Assembly (NCBI GenBank): GCA_951406725.2
Contig: OX597831.1
Location: 46,748,001-46,812,000 of the forward strand
Length of the DNA: 64,000 bases
Origin: Octopus vulgaris
Taxonomy: Eukaryota
Reading direction: 5' to 3'
How positions within the stretch are numbered: the stretch's first letter is position 1; every line of letters starts with the position of its first letter. Made by a program: the position numbers and the translations under genes. The notes under the pieces are model-generated. The model was not told the DNA's origin and searched no databases. It saw only the letters and a list, made by a program, of their open reading frames with translations. Of this stretch, positions 28,432 through 40,939 are shown piece after piece.

Positions 28432-30045
28432 TCACAAAAACTGTACCTTCTTGGCACTCTCCGACGTACTGGAACTCACAACTGGTGAGGGCAATGAAGA
28501 TGATGGCGACGAGGAAGATGACTTAAGGGATGATTTTGATGACGATGATGATGACGGTGACGATAATGATTTTGACGAAGATTTTGAAGAAGAGGACGAA
28601 TTGAGAGATTCTGTGATAAAACTGTTGTTGTTGTTGTCATTGTTCTTAGTGCTCTGGTTTGTGATTTTGTTGTTGTTTTCGTTGATTCTTCGCAACGCCG
28701 CCGTCGTCGTCGTCGTCGTTGTATTTTCCAAACGAATATGGTGTTTAGTTGAGCTGTCTAAAATATCATTTCTTGTATATTTGTTGTTATTGTTGTTGCT
28801 ATTGTGGCTGTTGCTAATACTGTCGCCGCTACTGTTGCTATTGATGCTGCTGCTTCTTTCGAAACCATCATCTTCATTATCACCATCGAAAGAATTGTCG
28901 TTATGGCAGTTGGTATCTTTATCACACTGCATGAGGCAACAGTTATTCGATCCCAGGCCGACATCATCTCTTTCGTCGTTCAACCTATCACCATCATCTA
29001 CCCGGTAGAGGCCGATTTCTTTGCTACTGTCGCTAAAACCCGATTCAGAACTTTCACCGTCTGAGTCCGATTTTTTGGGTTTACTAAGAAGGAAGTCCAT
29101 GTCATCTTGCTTTAATCCATCAGTCTGGCATACATGATCCGATGACACACTGGCGTTGTCTGACTCGGGGTCAAGGGCCAGGGAGTCGATTCCGTCACTC
29201 ACGTCACTCTCTGTACAAAAGTCGTCATCAGCATCATTACCATCATCATCTTCATCATCTATGCTGTCGTTCATTCCACCAAGGCCTTCTTCTTCATCTT
29301 CCTCACACTCCTCTTCCTTTATGCCATTTTTGGGATCCAGATATATATTACTGTTTGTCTCTCGTTTTTCTTCTGTCTCTTCTTCCTCTTCTAGTGAATC
29401 AAATTCCTTTTTTTTCTCCTCTTCTTTCTCGTCTAGTTCAAAGATCGATCCCAGCTTGGGAGCTGAATTCATTTTACTCACAGGAGGTTTAAATTTCCCC
29501 CCTTGGCTGAGCATTTGCTGGCGAAGGGGTAGAATGGAGCCGTTCGTTAACTCAGAATTCGTCTTTTCGAAGATGAGTCGCGAGTTGTGCTTGCGTCGCT
29601 TGTCACGCACGAACTCCTTCAGGGCAAACGAAAGTTTCTCATGCAGTTGAACATCCAGCAGCTTCGCTTTCGCCTCACTTTTACACAGGACTGCATGGCA
29701 CCGTAAATCCAGCTTCATTTTGCGTCCTTCGTGTCGGTACACCCACAGAAACATCCTCGGGTACTGCGGGTGAGCAATGATATAAGAGATCTTATGAGAC
29801 CAATATTGCATTAGTCCTTGTTCTTTCGTGTATGCCTTAATGCCGCTTACTGACACAACAATTTTCATGTCGAGGGCTTGATGCGAACTTTGAAGGTAGT
29901 TATTCCATAAGATAGAAGCAGGTTTATCCACACACCCTTCTCCTTTCATCATACAGGTGTGAATGTTACCTAGGTAACGGACTTTGTAAGCTGGATCCTC
30001 TTCGCTAATATTTAAAGATTTCCTTCTCCAGCTGAAAAAACTCAT
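28432..30045 (-). CDS. FAM43A: FAM43-like protein: N-terminal PTB/PID domain plus long acidic and Ser/Asn-rich disordered tail; single exon, 537 aa
   Basis: The supplied 580-aa ORF starts at a non-ATG codon; the first in-frame ATG is at 30045 (context AAG-ATG-A), and TGA is at 28432-28434. The N-terminus [22 protein letters not shown]...GEGCVDK...[45 protein letters not shown] and the motif [14 protein letters not shown] match my recollection of the FAM43A/B family, whose vertebrate genes are also intronless. A versus B orthology cannot be resolved. Confidence 0.88.
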   Translation of the reverse strand: MSFFSWRRKSLNISEEDPAYKVRYLGNIHTCMMKGEGCVDKPASILWNNYLQSSHQALDMKIVVSVSGIKAYTKEQGLMQYWSHKISYIIAHPQYPRMFLWVYRHEGRKMKLDLRCHAVLCKSEAKAKLLDVQLHEKLSFALKEFVRDKRRKHNSRLIFEKTNSELTNGSILPLRQQMLSQGGKFKPPVSKMNSAPKLGSIFELDEKEEEKKKEFDSLEEEEETEEKRETNSNIYLDPKNGIKEEECEEDEEEGLGGMNDSIDDEDDDGNDADDDFCTESDVSDGIDSLALDPESDNASVSSDHVCQTDGLKQDDMDFLLSKPKKSDSDGESSESGFSDSSKEIGLYRVDDGDRLNDERDDVGLGSNNCCLMQCDKDTNCHNDNSFDGDNEDDGFERSSSINSNSSGDSISNSHNSNNNNNKYTRNDILDSSTKHHIRLENTTTTTTTAALRRINENNNKITNQSTKNNDNNNNSFITESLNSSSSSKSSSKSLSSPSSSSSSKSSLKSSSSSPSSSLPSPVVSSSTSESAKKVQFL

Positions 30046-31036
30046 CTTCAGATTTTTTTTGTTCAATCGGGTAAAATAATAATCCTTTTCCTTTTGTTTT
30101 AAGCTCGTTTTGTAGTATAGTAAACAGGGTATCTTTCCTGGTGGTACCCTTAAAAAATGAACAATGTTATCCAAATATCATTATGTCATCTTTATATCAA
30201 CCACAGCGAAAACTAATTTTACTGTTGACTGTCAGTACGTGTGTGTGCAATGTAAAAAGAATAAAATAATTCTGTTTTTTAAATGTCTCGTAAAAAGTAT
30301 TTTGTTTTGCTTTTTGTTTTCAGTTAAATCAGAAATAATAATAATAATTTTGATAATATTAATGAAATTGAAATAATAAATATGAGAAGAAATTGTATGG
30401 ATCGTGTAGTGTTTGTGTGTGTGTGTGTGTTTTTTTTTTTTTGCTTCCCTTCTGACCGATGAAAACAAAAGACTTCGACGATGGCGATGTCGTCTGCTTG
30501 GTGGTACTGAAGCAACTGTGACTGACACACTAAAGCACCCACCTATCTATCTACTTAACTAGGCCGTGCTGTTTGTTACAGGTGTCGCTTTACATTCAAA
30601 TCACACACAATACACATACCCACATTCATTACCACTCACACAAACACAACCATGTTCGACCGTCTGACTGACTGTTGTTGAAGCCGAGAACGACAGCAGC
30701 AGCAGCAGCAGTAGCAGTAGCAGAAGAAGAAAAAAAAGAAGACTAACAGCAGCAGTAGTGGTAGTAGTACTACTAGTAACTAGTGGTGGTAAGGGTGTTA
30801 GTGTTGGTGGTGTTGGTGGTGGTGGTGGTGGTAGGGGTGGCGGCCGTCGGCGTTGTCGTAGGTGGTGATAGTGTTCAGGTGTATAACCAGCTCAGGTAGT
30901 TATCGGTGACAGTGGCAGGAGTAATAGTTATGCTTTGTGCTGCGATTGTTGTGGGAGATAATTTTCGAAGCGGAGAGGCAGAAGTGTGGGGACAGGATCA
31001 TCTATACTCGAACGAAGTTATAGATAATTTAGATGT

Positions 31037-31092
<56 letters not shown>

Positions 31093-31709
31093 AAAAGCAA
31101 AGACAAAAGAAATTTAGATAAAAAATAATTATGAATGAAGTAAACAATGGATAAATATATATGAGACGAAGTTAAGTAAAGGCGATAGAAATAAAATGAA
31201 CAAACTATAACAAGGTCTTGGACTTGTGTGTCATAACAGGTTATGTTCAACGAAAAGGCTTTCGCTGTATAAATAATAATGATTTCGTTAGTGGTAATAA
31301 TTAATAGTCACTATCGGTTCGGTTTATGCTGTTATAAAGGCTGTAGATAAAGCTAGCCAGCTTTGAGTAAATCAACAACAGGTGGTTAAAAAGGACGGTT
31401 AACTTGTTTAGCTATGCCAATGCGCATGGGAGTAGTTCCCATTCCAAGATTTGCTTACATAGCTTAGTCTTCCTTACCTGGCTGCTGGTGGACAACAGCA
31501 ATTAAAGCAACAACAATGTCACATGACCACTATACTTGACTACTATTGGTTGCTCTTCGGAGCATTCTTTCCGAGCATGGAAAAGAGAAATAGAAGTCGG
31601 ACAGAAGGAAAAAAAAAAGAGAGAAAGAAAGTGAAAGAGGAAGGCGCAAGACAGAGGAGAGCGGGAGAGGACGACACATGCAAGACAGAAGAGTCAGAGA
31701 GAGGGAGAG

Positions 31710-31752
<43 letters not shown>

Positions 31753-32249
31753 TGCATGCAGGACAGAAGAGAGAGAGAGAGAACGACATATGCAGGACAG
31801 AAGAGAAAGAGAGAGAGAACGACACGTGTAGGATAGAAGAGAGAGAGAGAAAGAAAGAGAGAAGAACTGGCCTATGCAGCACAGAAGAGAAAGAGAGAGA
31901 GAGAGATGGAAAATAAGTTAATGAATAAATGTAAAGAGTCTTAAAAAAGACAAAACAACGTGGATTGGGTGAGGAGGGCTGATATTGGCGTTGGATGTAT
32001 ACCGTCGTGTGCAACAAAACCGAGGAAGTAGTTTTGTTTGTGTCTGAAGGTTTGCATACAGACAAAAGGCGGCGAATTAGCAGAACTGTTAGTGTTTCGG
32101 CCCTCTATTTATTACAGGACCTTGCAAATATTACAAAGCCATGTAATATCTGTCTCGGCCTTCAGCGATCGAAGTTCAAATTCGCCGTGGGCTCAACTTT
32201 GACTTTCAGCCTTCCGGGTTTTATAGTTTATAGTGTACCAGCCAAGTTA

Positions 32250-32281
<32 letters not shown>

Positions 32282-32578
32282 ACTCACTATTTCACTCACA
32301 TTCTCTCTCTCTCTGTCCAGTATGGCCAAAGCCTTAAGGCTGAAACACGCGAAAGAATAAAAGAATAAATATATGTACACTTACACACACACACACACAG
32401 ATAACACACACACATGCATATATGTATACATTTTCATATATACACGTGTGTATGTATGTATTTATGTATATATATAATATTATATATATACTTATATATA
32501 TATCTATGTATATTATATATATAGTTATATATACATATATCTATATATATTATATATATATAATGTATATATATATAT

Positions 32579-32697
<119 letters not shown>

Positions 32698-32716
32698 CAT
32701 ATATATATATCATATA

Positions 32717-32793
<77 letters not shown>

Positions 32794-32978
32794 GTGTATG
32801 TGTGTGTTTATCAATTATCTATTTAGAGAGAATGAGAGAGGCGAGAATGAGAGAGGCGAGAATGAGACAGAGAGAAAAAGGAAGTGTGACATTAATGATA
32901 TAAATATATTAGAAAGATGTACACACACACAAACAAAATGTAGAATATATATATATAACTGTGAAGTTAAATAGGTAT

Positions 32979-33037
<59 letters not shown>

Positions 33038-33220
33038 GTATACGCGCGCGAGTGTGCATGCGTGGGTGTCTGTTTGTCCCCTACCACCGTTTAGCAACTG
33101 GTGTTGGCGCGTTTGCATCCCCAAGGCGGTTCCCTAGCTTGGCCGCAGCCCAGGGACTAAAACAAGTAACGGATAATAGGTAGAAGACAAAATATATATA
33201 TATAAATATCTATCTATCTA

Positions 33221-33354
<134 letters not shown>

Positions 33355-33893
33355 TATACATATATATAGCGGGAGAAAGAGATAGAGAGGGTTACAAAAA
33401 GAAAATATAAATAGGTACATATTTTTATATACGCACAAACATTTATATAAGCATGTATATATAAGATACAGTTATATATATATATATATGTTCGTGTATA
33501 CATAGATTTATATCTATATAGATATCGGCACACTCTCTCTCTCTCTTTCTCTCTCTCTTTCTTTCTCCCTCTTGCTCTCTCTTACACACACACACACGAA
33601 CCCACAGGCATGCATATACTTTATAATGCAAACACCTGCGCGCACTCTTACATAAATAATGCAATACACTGACGCGTATTTATTCCGACAAAGGCCTAAC
33701 TAGATGTAAATATAGACAAACACATTCATACAAGCATACACAAGACACTCAAAGCTACAAAGCAGCAAAAGGCGCACCAACATACATAATTGAGATATGC
33801 AATTATACATACTGACACTATGAACCACTACACACCACATACACTCATATACACGCGCATACGCACACACACACATATGCATACAGTTTTGTA

Positions 33894-33960
<67 letters not shown>

Positions 33961-33961
33961 T

Positions 33962-34175
33962 TATTCTTTCATTCTTTTATTCTTTTACTTGTTTCAATCA
34001 TTTGACTGCGGCCATGCAGGAGCACCGCCTTGTAGTCGATGAAATCGATCTCTGGACTTCTTCTTTGTTAGCCTGGTACATATTTTGTCGGTCTCTTTGC
34101 TTAACCGCTAAGTTACGGTGACGTAAACATACCAACATCGGTTTTCAAGCGATGGTCGATGGGGAGACAAAGACA
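33962..34175 (-). mobile_element. SINE family A, 3' half
   Basis: Same tail and body as 24100-24310 and 48251-48450. Confidence 0.82.
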
Positions 34176-34357
34176 CGCGCACATTAATATATATATACAT
34201 ATACATATATATATACATATGCACACACACACACACACACACACAGATATAGATATATATATACTTAGTATTACTTAATTACTTAGTATATATATATATA
34301 TATGTAATTTACATTATTTACATTTGATGGATATTTGTCCTCATCTTGTTTGTTGTT

Positions 34358-34403
34358 AACACAATGTTTCGGCTGATACATTCTCCAGCCTTCATCAGGT
34401 GTT
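34358..34403 (-). ncRNA. Type I hammerhead ribozyme motif with the best-formed stems in the window
   Basis: Minus strand AACAC-CTGATGA-A-GGCTG-(10 nt)-CAGCC-GAAAC-ATT-GTGTT: 5-bp stem I, 5-bp stem II, canonical core. The stem III G has become A, consistent with CpG decay. Confidence 0.72.
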
Positions 34404-34424
34404 TTGGGGAAATTTCGAACCATA

Positions 34425-34495
34425 TGCCCGTGGCGTAGTGGCTAAGAGCTCGGGCTGCTAACCCCAAGATTCCAAGTTCGCTTCCAGGCAGTGAT

Positions 34496-34500
<5 letters not shown>
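34425..34500 (+). mobile_element. Short tRNA-derived element (GCT anticodon-like loop) with (TAA)n tail
   Basis: A box TGGCGTAGTGG, arm CGGG-CTGCTAA-CCC and B box GTTCGCTTCC; no intact acceptor stem; followed by about 30 TAA units. Confidence 0.65.
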
Positions 34501-34593
<93 letters not shown>

Positions 34594-34596
34594 TAA

Positions 34597-35932
34597 TATG
34601 GGTGAAGTAAAGAATATAGATAGAAAAATACGCAAGCTGCTGAGTTGTAATAGGATGCACCACCCAAAGGCAGACGTAGATCGCCTTTACCTTCCCAGAG
34701 CCCAAGGAGGTCGGGGCCTGATCCAATTTGAACTAGCTTACAAAACAACCACAATTGGACTGGCCAAATATCTCGAAATATCGAATGACTGGATGCTAAA
34801 GCTCGTGGAAAATCACGAGAGACGAAAGAAGCTTCATTCTATCATCAAGGAAAGCAAAAAATTTGCTATTGATCTCGTGCAGGATACCCAAACTGAACAA
34901 CCCGAGGAAGTACGGCAACTATTGTTGCAAAGAAGGTGAAAATGATGGCAATGAAAAAAGCGCACGAGCAATTGGCTGATAGGTGGGAGGAGAAACCTCT
35001 GCACGGCAAATATGTGACCCGCAGCAAACAAGCTGATGTTGACCAGAAGCAAACCCATCAGTGGCTGCGGAGCTCAGGGCTAAAAGCAGAGAGCGAAGGT
35101 TTCATCCTGGCTGCTCAAGACCAAAGCCTATTAACCCGGAACTACCAGGCCAATGTGATGAAAAATGGAGCAGACCCAAAATGCCGATTCTGCAACGACA
35201 TGATTGAAACAGTGGACCACCTAATCTCTGGATGTAAAGTCTTAGCACCAGTGGAGTATAAATTAAGACATGACAGAGTTGGCCAATATCTCCACTGGCT
35301 AATAAGTCGGCATTACAATATCAAAACTGCCGACAAGTGGTATAATCACCACCCTGAGGCTGTAACTGAAGGAGAAAATGTAACCATTCTGTGGGACTTT
35401 CAAATACATACAGACCGAACCATCAAGGCCAATAAACCAGATATTGTTGTGAAAGACCAAAACAATAAAGTTTGCTTATTGATCGACATGAGCATCCCCT
35501 GTGATCATAATATCTCAGCGAAAGAGTTTGACAAGCTCAGAAAATATAAAGACCTACTCATTGAAATTGAGAAAATGTGGCATCTCAAGGCGGTTACAAT
35601 ACCAGTGATCGTAGGAGCACTAGGAATGATCAAGAAGGGAACCGAAAATTATATGAGAATGATCCCTGGCTTACCATCCCTGCAAGAAGTGCAAAAGATT
35701 GTCTTAACTGGTACATCACACGTATTGAGAAGAGCATTGTCGATGTGAGAACTGTTGCTGATCATGTATTTTAATTTAACTTTAAAAAAAAAAAAAAAAA
35801 AAAAAAATGAACGAACTACTGAGTTTGGTTTAATGGCCTACCAATATACACTATGAGTTTCTTTGCCCTAGGAGTCGGGAAGACACTCGGCAAGAAATGG
35901 AAGAAAATTTGAAAGAAGAAAAAAAAAAAGTT
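34597..35932 (+). mobile_element. 5'-truncated R4/Dong-clade non-LTR retrotransposon (RT C-terminus, CCHC knuckle, restriction-like endonuclease, 3' UTR) within (TAA)n
   Basis: ORFs 34598-34939 (HPKADVDRLYLPRAQGGRGL) and 34936-35748 (CRFC..ETVDHLISGC; RHD; WDF..TDRTIKANKPDIV..D; K..KY.DL) are joined by one frameshift. (TAA)n flanks both sides, the known Dong-type target. Confidence 0.9.
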
Positions 35933-35956
35933 ATAATAATAATAATAATAATAATA

Positions 35957-36352
35957 ACTGATGCAGTACAAGGCAGTGGCTCTCATGGCTTCTGATCTTA
36001 ACTGATTGGAAGTGTTATCATGCACATTGTTTTGTCTTGGTATAAAAGATGGGCTAGGGCAAATATTCTGCTCAATACCACAGATTTGCTTGTCAGTTGT
36101 TTGACCTTAACCAGTTGAGCATGTCCCTTAGTGGCTGACGATATGTGCATCTCTGATCATGAGCAGAAGTATTGGGGGAGCATCATAGCCATGTGTTGAG
36201 AGGGATTCTTTGGGGTTTGAATAATTCACCTCTGGAAACAACCCTTATTCAGGGACCTTTTGAGCGGGATGGGTTACTCGACCAGAAGAAAATTCTAACT
36301 GAGCCCCAATTGCAAGGTCATGTGCTGTTTATCTTGATATAAGATCATCATG
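35957..36352. mobile_element. Truncated copy of an unclassified non-coding interspersed element (family C)
   Basis: Reverse complement of about 40090-40510, with a 28-bp internal deletion between AAACA microhomologies. Confidence 0.85.
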
Positions 36353-36427
36353 TTGTATATAGAACTGTATATATATAGATGTGTGTGTGTGTGTGTATAT
36401 GTGCGTATGTGTGTGTGTGTGTGTATG

Positions 36428-36484
<57 letters not shown>

Positions 36485-36586
36485 GTATATATATATATAA
36501 TTAATAATATTAGGGAATATAAAATTCCAAACTTACAGGGAAAAATTAAATTCAGCAATACTAAATCAAATTTCACAATATATGTG

Positions 36587-36822
36587 TATATAATTAAGAG
36601 AAATAACCTCTATTAAGTAATTCAACTGATAGTGAAAGATATTATCTATATTAAATCATATAGAAAAAATCACTAAATTAAATTAATGTTTATTTAATGT
36701 TTATTTAATTTAGTGATTTTTTGAATAGTATTTATTATAGTATATTTAAATTTTTTCTATATGATTTAATATAAATAATATCTTTCACTATCAATTGAAG
36801 TACTTAATGGAAGTTATTTCTC

Positions 36823-36834
<12 letters not shown>
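36587..36834. repeat. Fold-back inverted repeat (~84-bp arms)
   Basis: 36587-36670 is an imperfect reverse complement of 36750-36834. Confidence 0.85.
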
Positions 36835-36874
<40 letters not shown>

Positions 36875-36884
36875 AGAGAGAGAA

Positions 36885-36927
<43 letters not shown>

Positions 36928-37641
36928 TTACTTGGAAAACGATGCGTGGCGTTCGATCATATAATATAAATAATATAAATAAATATATACATATATACAT
37001 ACATATATACATACATATATACATACATATATACATACCTCGAAACGTAGAGTAGATGAAACCATGGCGACTGAAGAAGGGGTTTTTTCCTAGTGTTATT
37101 TGTCCTGTACTCTTTTTTTGTTGTTTAAGAAAAATGTCCAGTTCCTTGTGTTTGTGTCTATGTTTTCGTTTCTCCTTGTGTTCGACGTTTTTTTGGTGTC
37201 CTGTACTCATATATGCGTGTATATATACATGTAGATGTAGGTACGTACATATATGTACATATATATATGCATATGTTTTATTTATTAATATATTATACAT
37301 ATGTATATATATATATATATATACATACATATATGGGTACACGACATCAAAAGCAACGTTGACAAAATGAGGAACGAGAACATAAAAACAAAAACATAGA
37401 AAACGAAATTTTTTCGAACAACGAAACAAACAAACAGAGAAACGAGACATGCAACATAACGAACATTCCCTTCATCAGTTGTCTCCTGTTTTATCTACTC
37501 CGCGTTTCCGAAATATATATATTGCTTAGGCATTGTAAGACTGATAACCTGGTGTAGAACTCAATATATGTGTGCTTTAGAGCGAAGTGTTAGCCGAGTA
37601 CAGAGCGGTAATAAGAAAATAAAATGAGAATGGAATAAAAG

Positions 37642-37851
37642 GATTATCTTATGTACTTCATTAGCTTACAGCTGTTTCTATTATAAGATGCAGTGGGCTC
37701 CTATTTGAGTACCTCAGTGACACCCTTTAGCGTCGCACTTTATATTCGAGGGTCCGATGAAGTTATAAGGTATTACCCGGGCAGTCGACTATGAGTTCAC
37801 TGCATCTTATAGCAGAAACAGCTGTAAGCTAATGAAGTTCATAAGATGATC
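37642..37851. repeat. Fold-back inverted repeat containing a decayed hammerhead
   Basis: About 55-bp arms (ATCTTATG.ACTTCATTAGCTTACAGCTGTTTCT..TATAAGATGCAGTG and its reverse complement). CCGATGA is at 37754 and GAAAC-AGCT-GTA at 37815-37826. Confidence 0.85.
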
Positions 37852-37881
37852 GGTTATTTCTTTGTCATCATATTTTCTCCC

Positions 37882-37961
<80 letters not shown>

Positions 37962-37967
37962 CGGCTG

Positions 37968-38492
<525 letters not shown>

Positions 38493-38530
38493 AATATATA
38501 TATATATATGAATATGTGTCTGTATATATA

Positions 38531-38562
<32 letters not shown>

Positions 38563-39228
38563 AGTGTACATACATATACATATACATATATATATACATA
38601 TATATATACATATATATACATATATATACATATGTTATGTGTATGAAGAGATGTCAATGTCTCTTGTACTACATAATGGGCGAATGAAACCAATGTCTAT
38701 ACTTCAAAGAATGTATAGAAAAACAACTTGTGAATTTTGTTTACAGTTAAAACTGAAATATTACCTACTATAAGACACTATAAGTCATCATGTGTGTAGT
38801 TACTAAGAACTTTCTTCCCTTTTCCTCTCCATTGCTATACTACTAACGCTCTATGTGGACAAAGAGAAAAAATTAATTGAAAAACTCACTTTCCATTAAT
38901 TTCTTCCAGACTATAATTAAATCGCATCGTAATAAAATGCTTCGCTTCATAAAATGTGTAATCAAAATATCTCAAGTCATGTGATTCTAATGATTTCTAA
39001 AAAGAATGAAATAGTGCTGTACACGAATATATTTTGTTAACCCTTTCACACATAAAATATTAAGGAGATTATTCTCTTATGCTTTATGTTTAGCGGTTTC
39101 TGTTTTATTTGGAGGCACAAAGCACATAAATTTGACTACAGGCGGTGCTGGTCATAAAAAAGCATATTACTCTAACTTCGGTATTCGAGTACTATTTTCC
39201 CCCTTGCTTTGCATTTACATACTTACTC

Positions 39229-39259
<31 letters not shown>

Positions 39260-39265
<6 letters not shown>

Positions 39266-39502
39266 CAAAGTAAGCAACATGGATATCCAAAGGTAATGCA
39301 GTACGATCGTTTCATGCGACTTCATTTAATTAAACAATGCAAGTAATACATCAGTTTTAAAATGTAAAGCTGCATATGGAATTTATTTAGTTAAATTGAA
39401 AAGATTCATTTTTATACTTATGCATTGCTTAATTAAATGGAGTAGCATGAAACGATCGTACTGCATTACCTTTGAATATCCATGCTGCTTATTTTGATTA
39501 TA
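39260..39502. repeat. Fold-back inverted repeat with a hammerhead 3' half in each arm
   Basis: About 85-bp arms; GAAAC-GATC-GTA at 39449-39460 (+) and 39302-39313 (-); the left arm abuts (TA)n. Confidence 0.85.
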
Positions 39503-39598
39503 ATCACCCCATTTGATTTATATTGATTATACCATACCAAATTCTGGTGCCTTTAACTTAAGTACCATATTCAACTGAATCTAAATTTTTACTGAACT

Positions 39599-39632
<34 letters not shown>

Positions 39633-39639
39633 TGTATAA

Positions 39640-39881
39640 TTGAAATTTACAGAAAAACAAAAGACGAAGACAGGAGTATAAACAACAAGCAGGTGCATTA
39701 GTTTGACGCTCAGGAAGGTGAGAAAGTCTTTTACGTTTCGAGCCTACTCTCTTCAACAGAAAGGATAACTTTTGGAATTAGCGGTCATATAAGACTTTCT
39801 CACCTTCACAAGCGTCAAACCAATACACCTGCTTGTTGTTTATACACCTGTCTTCGACTTTTGTTTTTCTGTAAATTTCAA
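39640..39881 (-). mobile_element. Hammerhead-bearing element plus an inverted partial copy of itself; hammerhead at 39728-39763
   Basis: Minus strand CTTT-CTGTTGA-A-GAGA-GTAG-GCTC-GAAAC-GTA-AAAG. 39790-39881 is the reverse complement of 39640-39730. Microsatellites flank both sides. Confidence 0.75.
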
Positions 39882-39894
39882 CTATATATATATA

Positions 39895-39946
<52 letters not shown>

Positions 39947-39958
39947 ATTATTATTATT

Positions 39959-40514
39959 GAGTGAGAGAGCAGTGCATACCATCAAAGTGACACTGGGGTA
40001 AAAATATACAAAGCCCAGTATACCCATCATGACTACCCGTTTGATAAGGGTACACTAGGCACATGCATCACAACCACATGTGCGCGACAGGATGATCTTA
40101 TATCAAGATAAACAGCGCATGACCTTGCAGGTGGGGCCCAGTTAGAATTTTCTTTTCGTCGAATAACCCATCCTGCTCAAACGGTCCCTGAATAAGGGTT
40201 GTTTAAGGATGTTGAACAAAAGGCCCATGTTTCCAGAGGTGAATTATTAAAACCCCAAAGAATCCCTCTCAACACATGGCTATGATGCTTCCCCAGTACT
40301 TCTGCTCGTGATCAGAGATGCACATATCGTCAGCCACTAAGGGACATGCTCAACTGGTTAAAGGTCAAACAACTGACAAGCAAATCTGTGGTATTGAGCA
40401 GAATATTTGCCCTAGCCCATCTTTTATACCAAGACAAAACAACGTACATGATAACACTTCCAATCAGTTAAGACAAGAAGCCATGATAGCCACTGCCTTG
40501 TACTGCATCAGAGC

Positions 40515-40515
<1 letters not shown>
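39959..40515. mobile_element. Apparently full-length family C element (~557 bp) flanked on both sides by (ATT)n
   Basis: Unique non-coding sequence GAGTGAGAGAGCAGTGC...TACTGCATCAGAGCA between two ATT tracts; an inverted second copy is at 35957-36352. Confidence 0.85.
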
Positions 40516-40568
<53 letters not shown>

Positions 40569-40586
40569 CATTATTATTATTATTAT

Positions 40587-40939
40587 TAAATACATATACT
40601 AATGTATATGCTTTGTATATCCTCCGTATATATATATATGCTTTGTATACGCAATGGCGTATCCGAGTATATAAACTCACATTGTCGCCGGTGTTAACAC
40701 ACCTTAGTCATGGACAGGCGAGAAAACTCACACTCATTCCCATTTGGAAGTGAAGGCTATCGACGTTTTTGTGGTTTCACAGTAAAACACCCTTCACTCA
40801 CAAAATGGGATCGAGGATGAGTTATCTCGGCTGTCACGACTAAGGTGTTTTAACACCGGCGACGATGTGAGTTTATATACTCCGATACGCCATTGTAGCC
40901 ACCGAAAAATACATAAAGCAAATACATTAGTATATGTAT

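Noticed and set aside
28451-29650. Plus-strand ORFs of 185, 164 and 116 aa
   Set aside because: They are antisense shadows of the triplet-repeat-rich FAM43 tail.
30046-30174. 43-aa N-terminal extension of the FAM43 ORF in the supplied track
   Set aside because: It begins at a non-ATG codon, is AT-rich like UTR, and family similarity starts at the ATG at 30045.
34425-34500. Functional tRNA-Ser(GCT) gene
   Set aside because: No paired acceptor stem or long variable arm, and it has a (TAA)n tail; treated as a retroposed tRNA-derived element.
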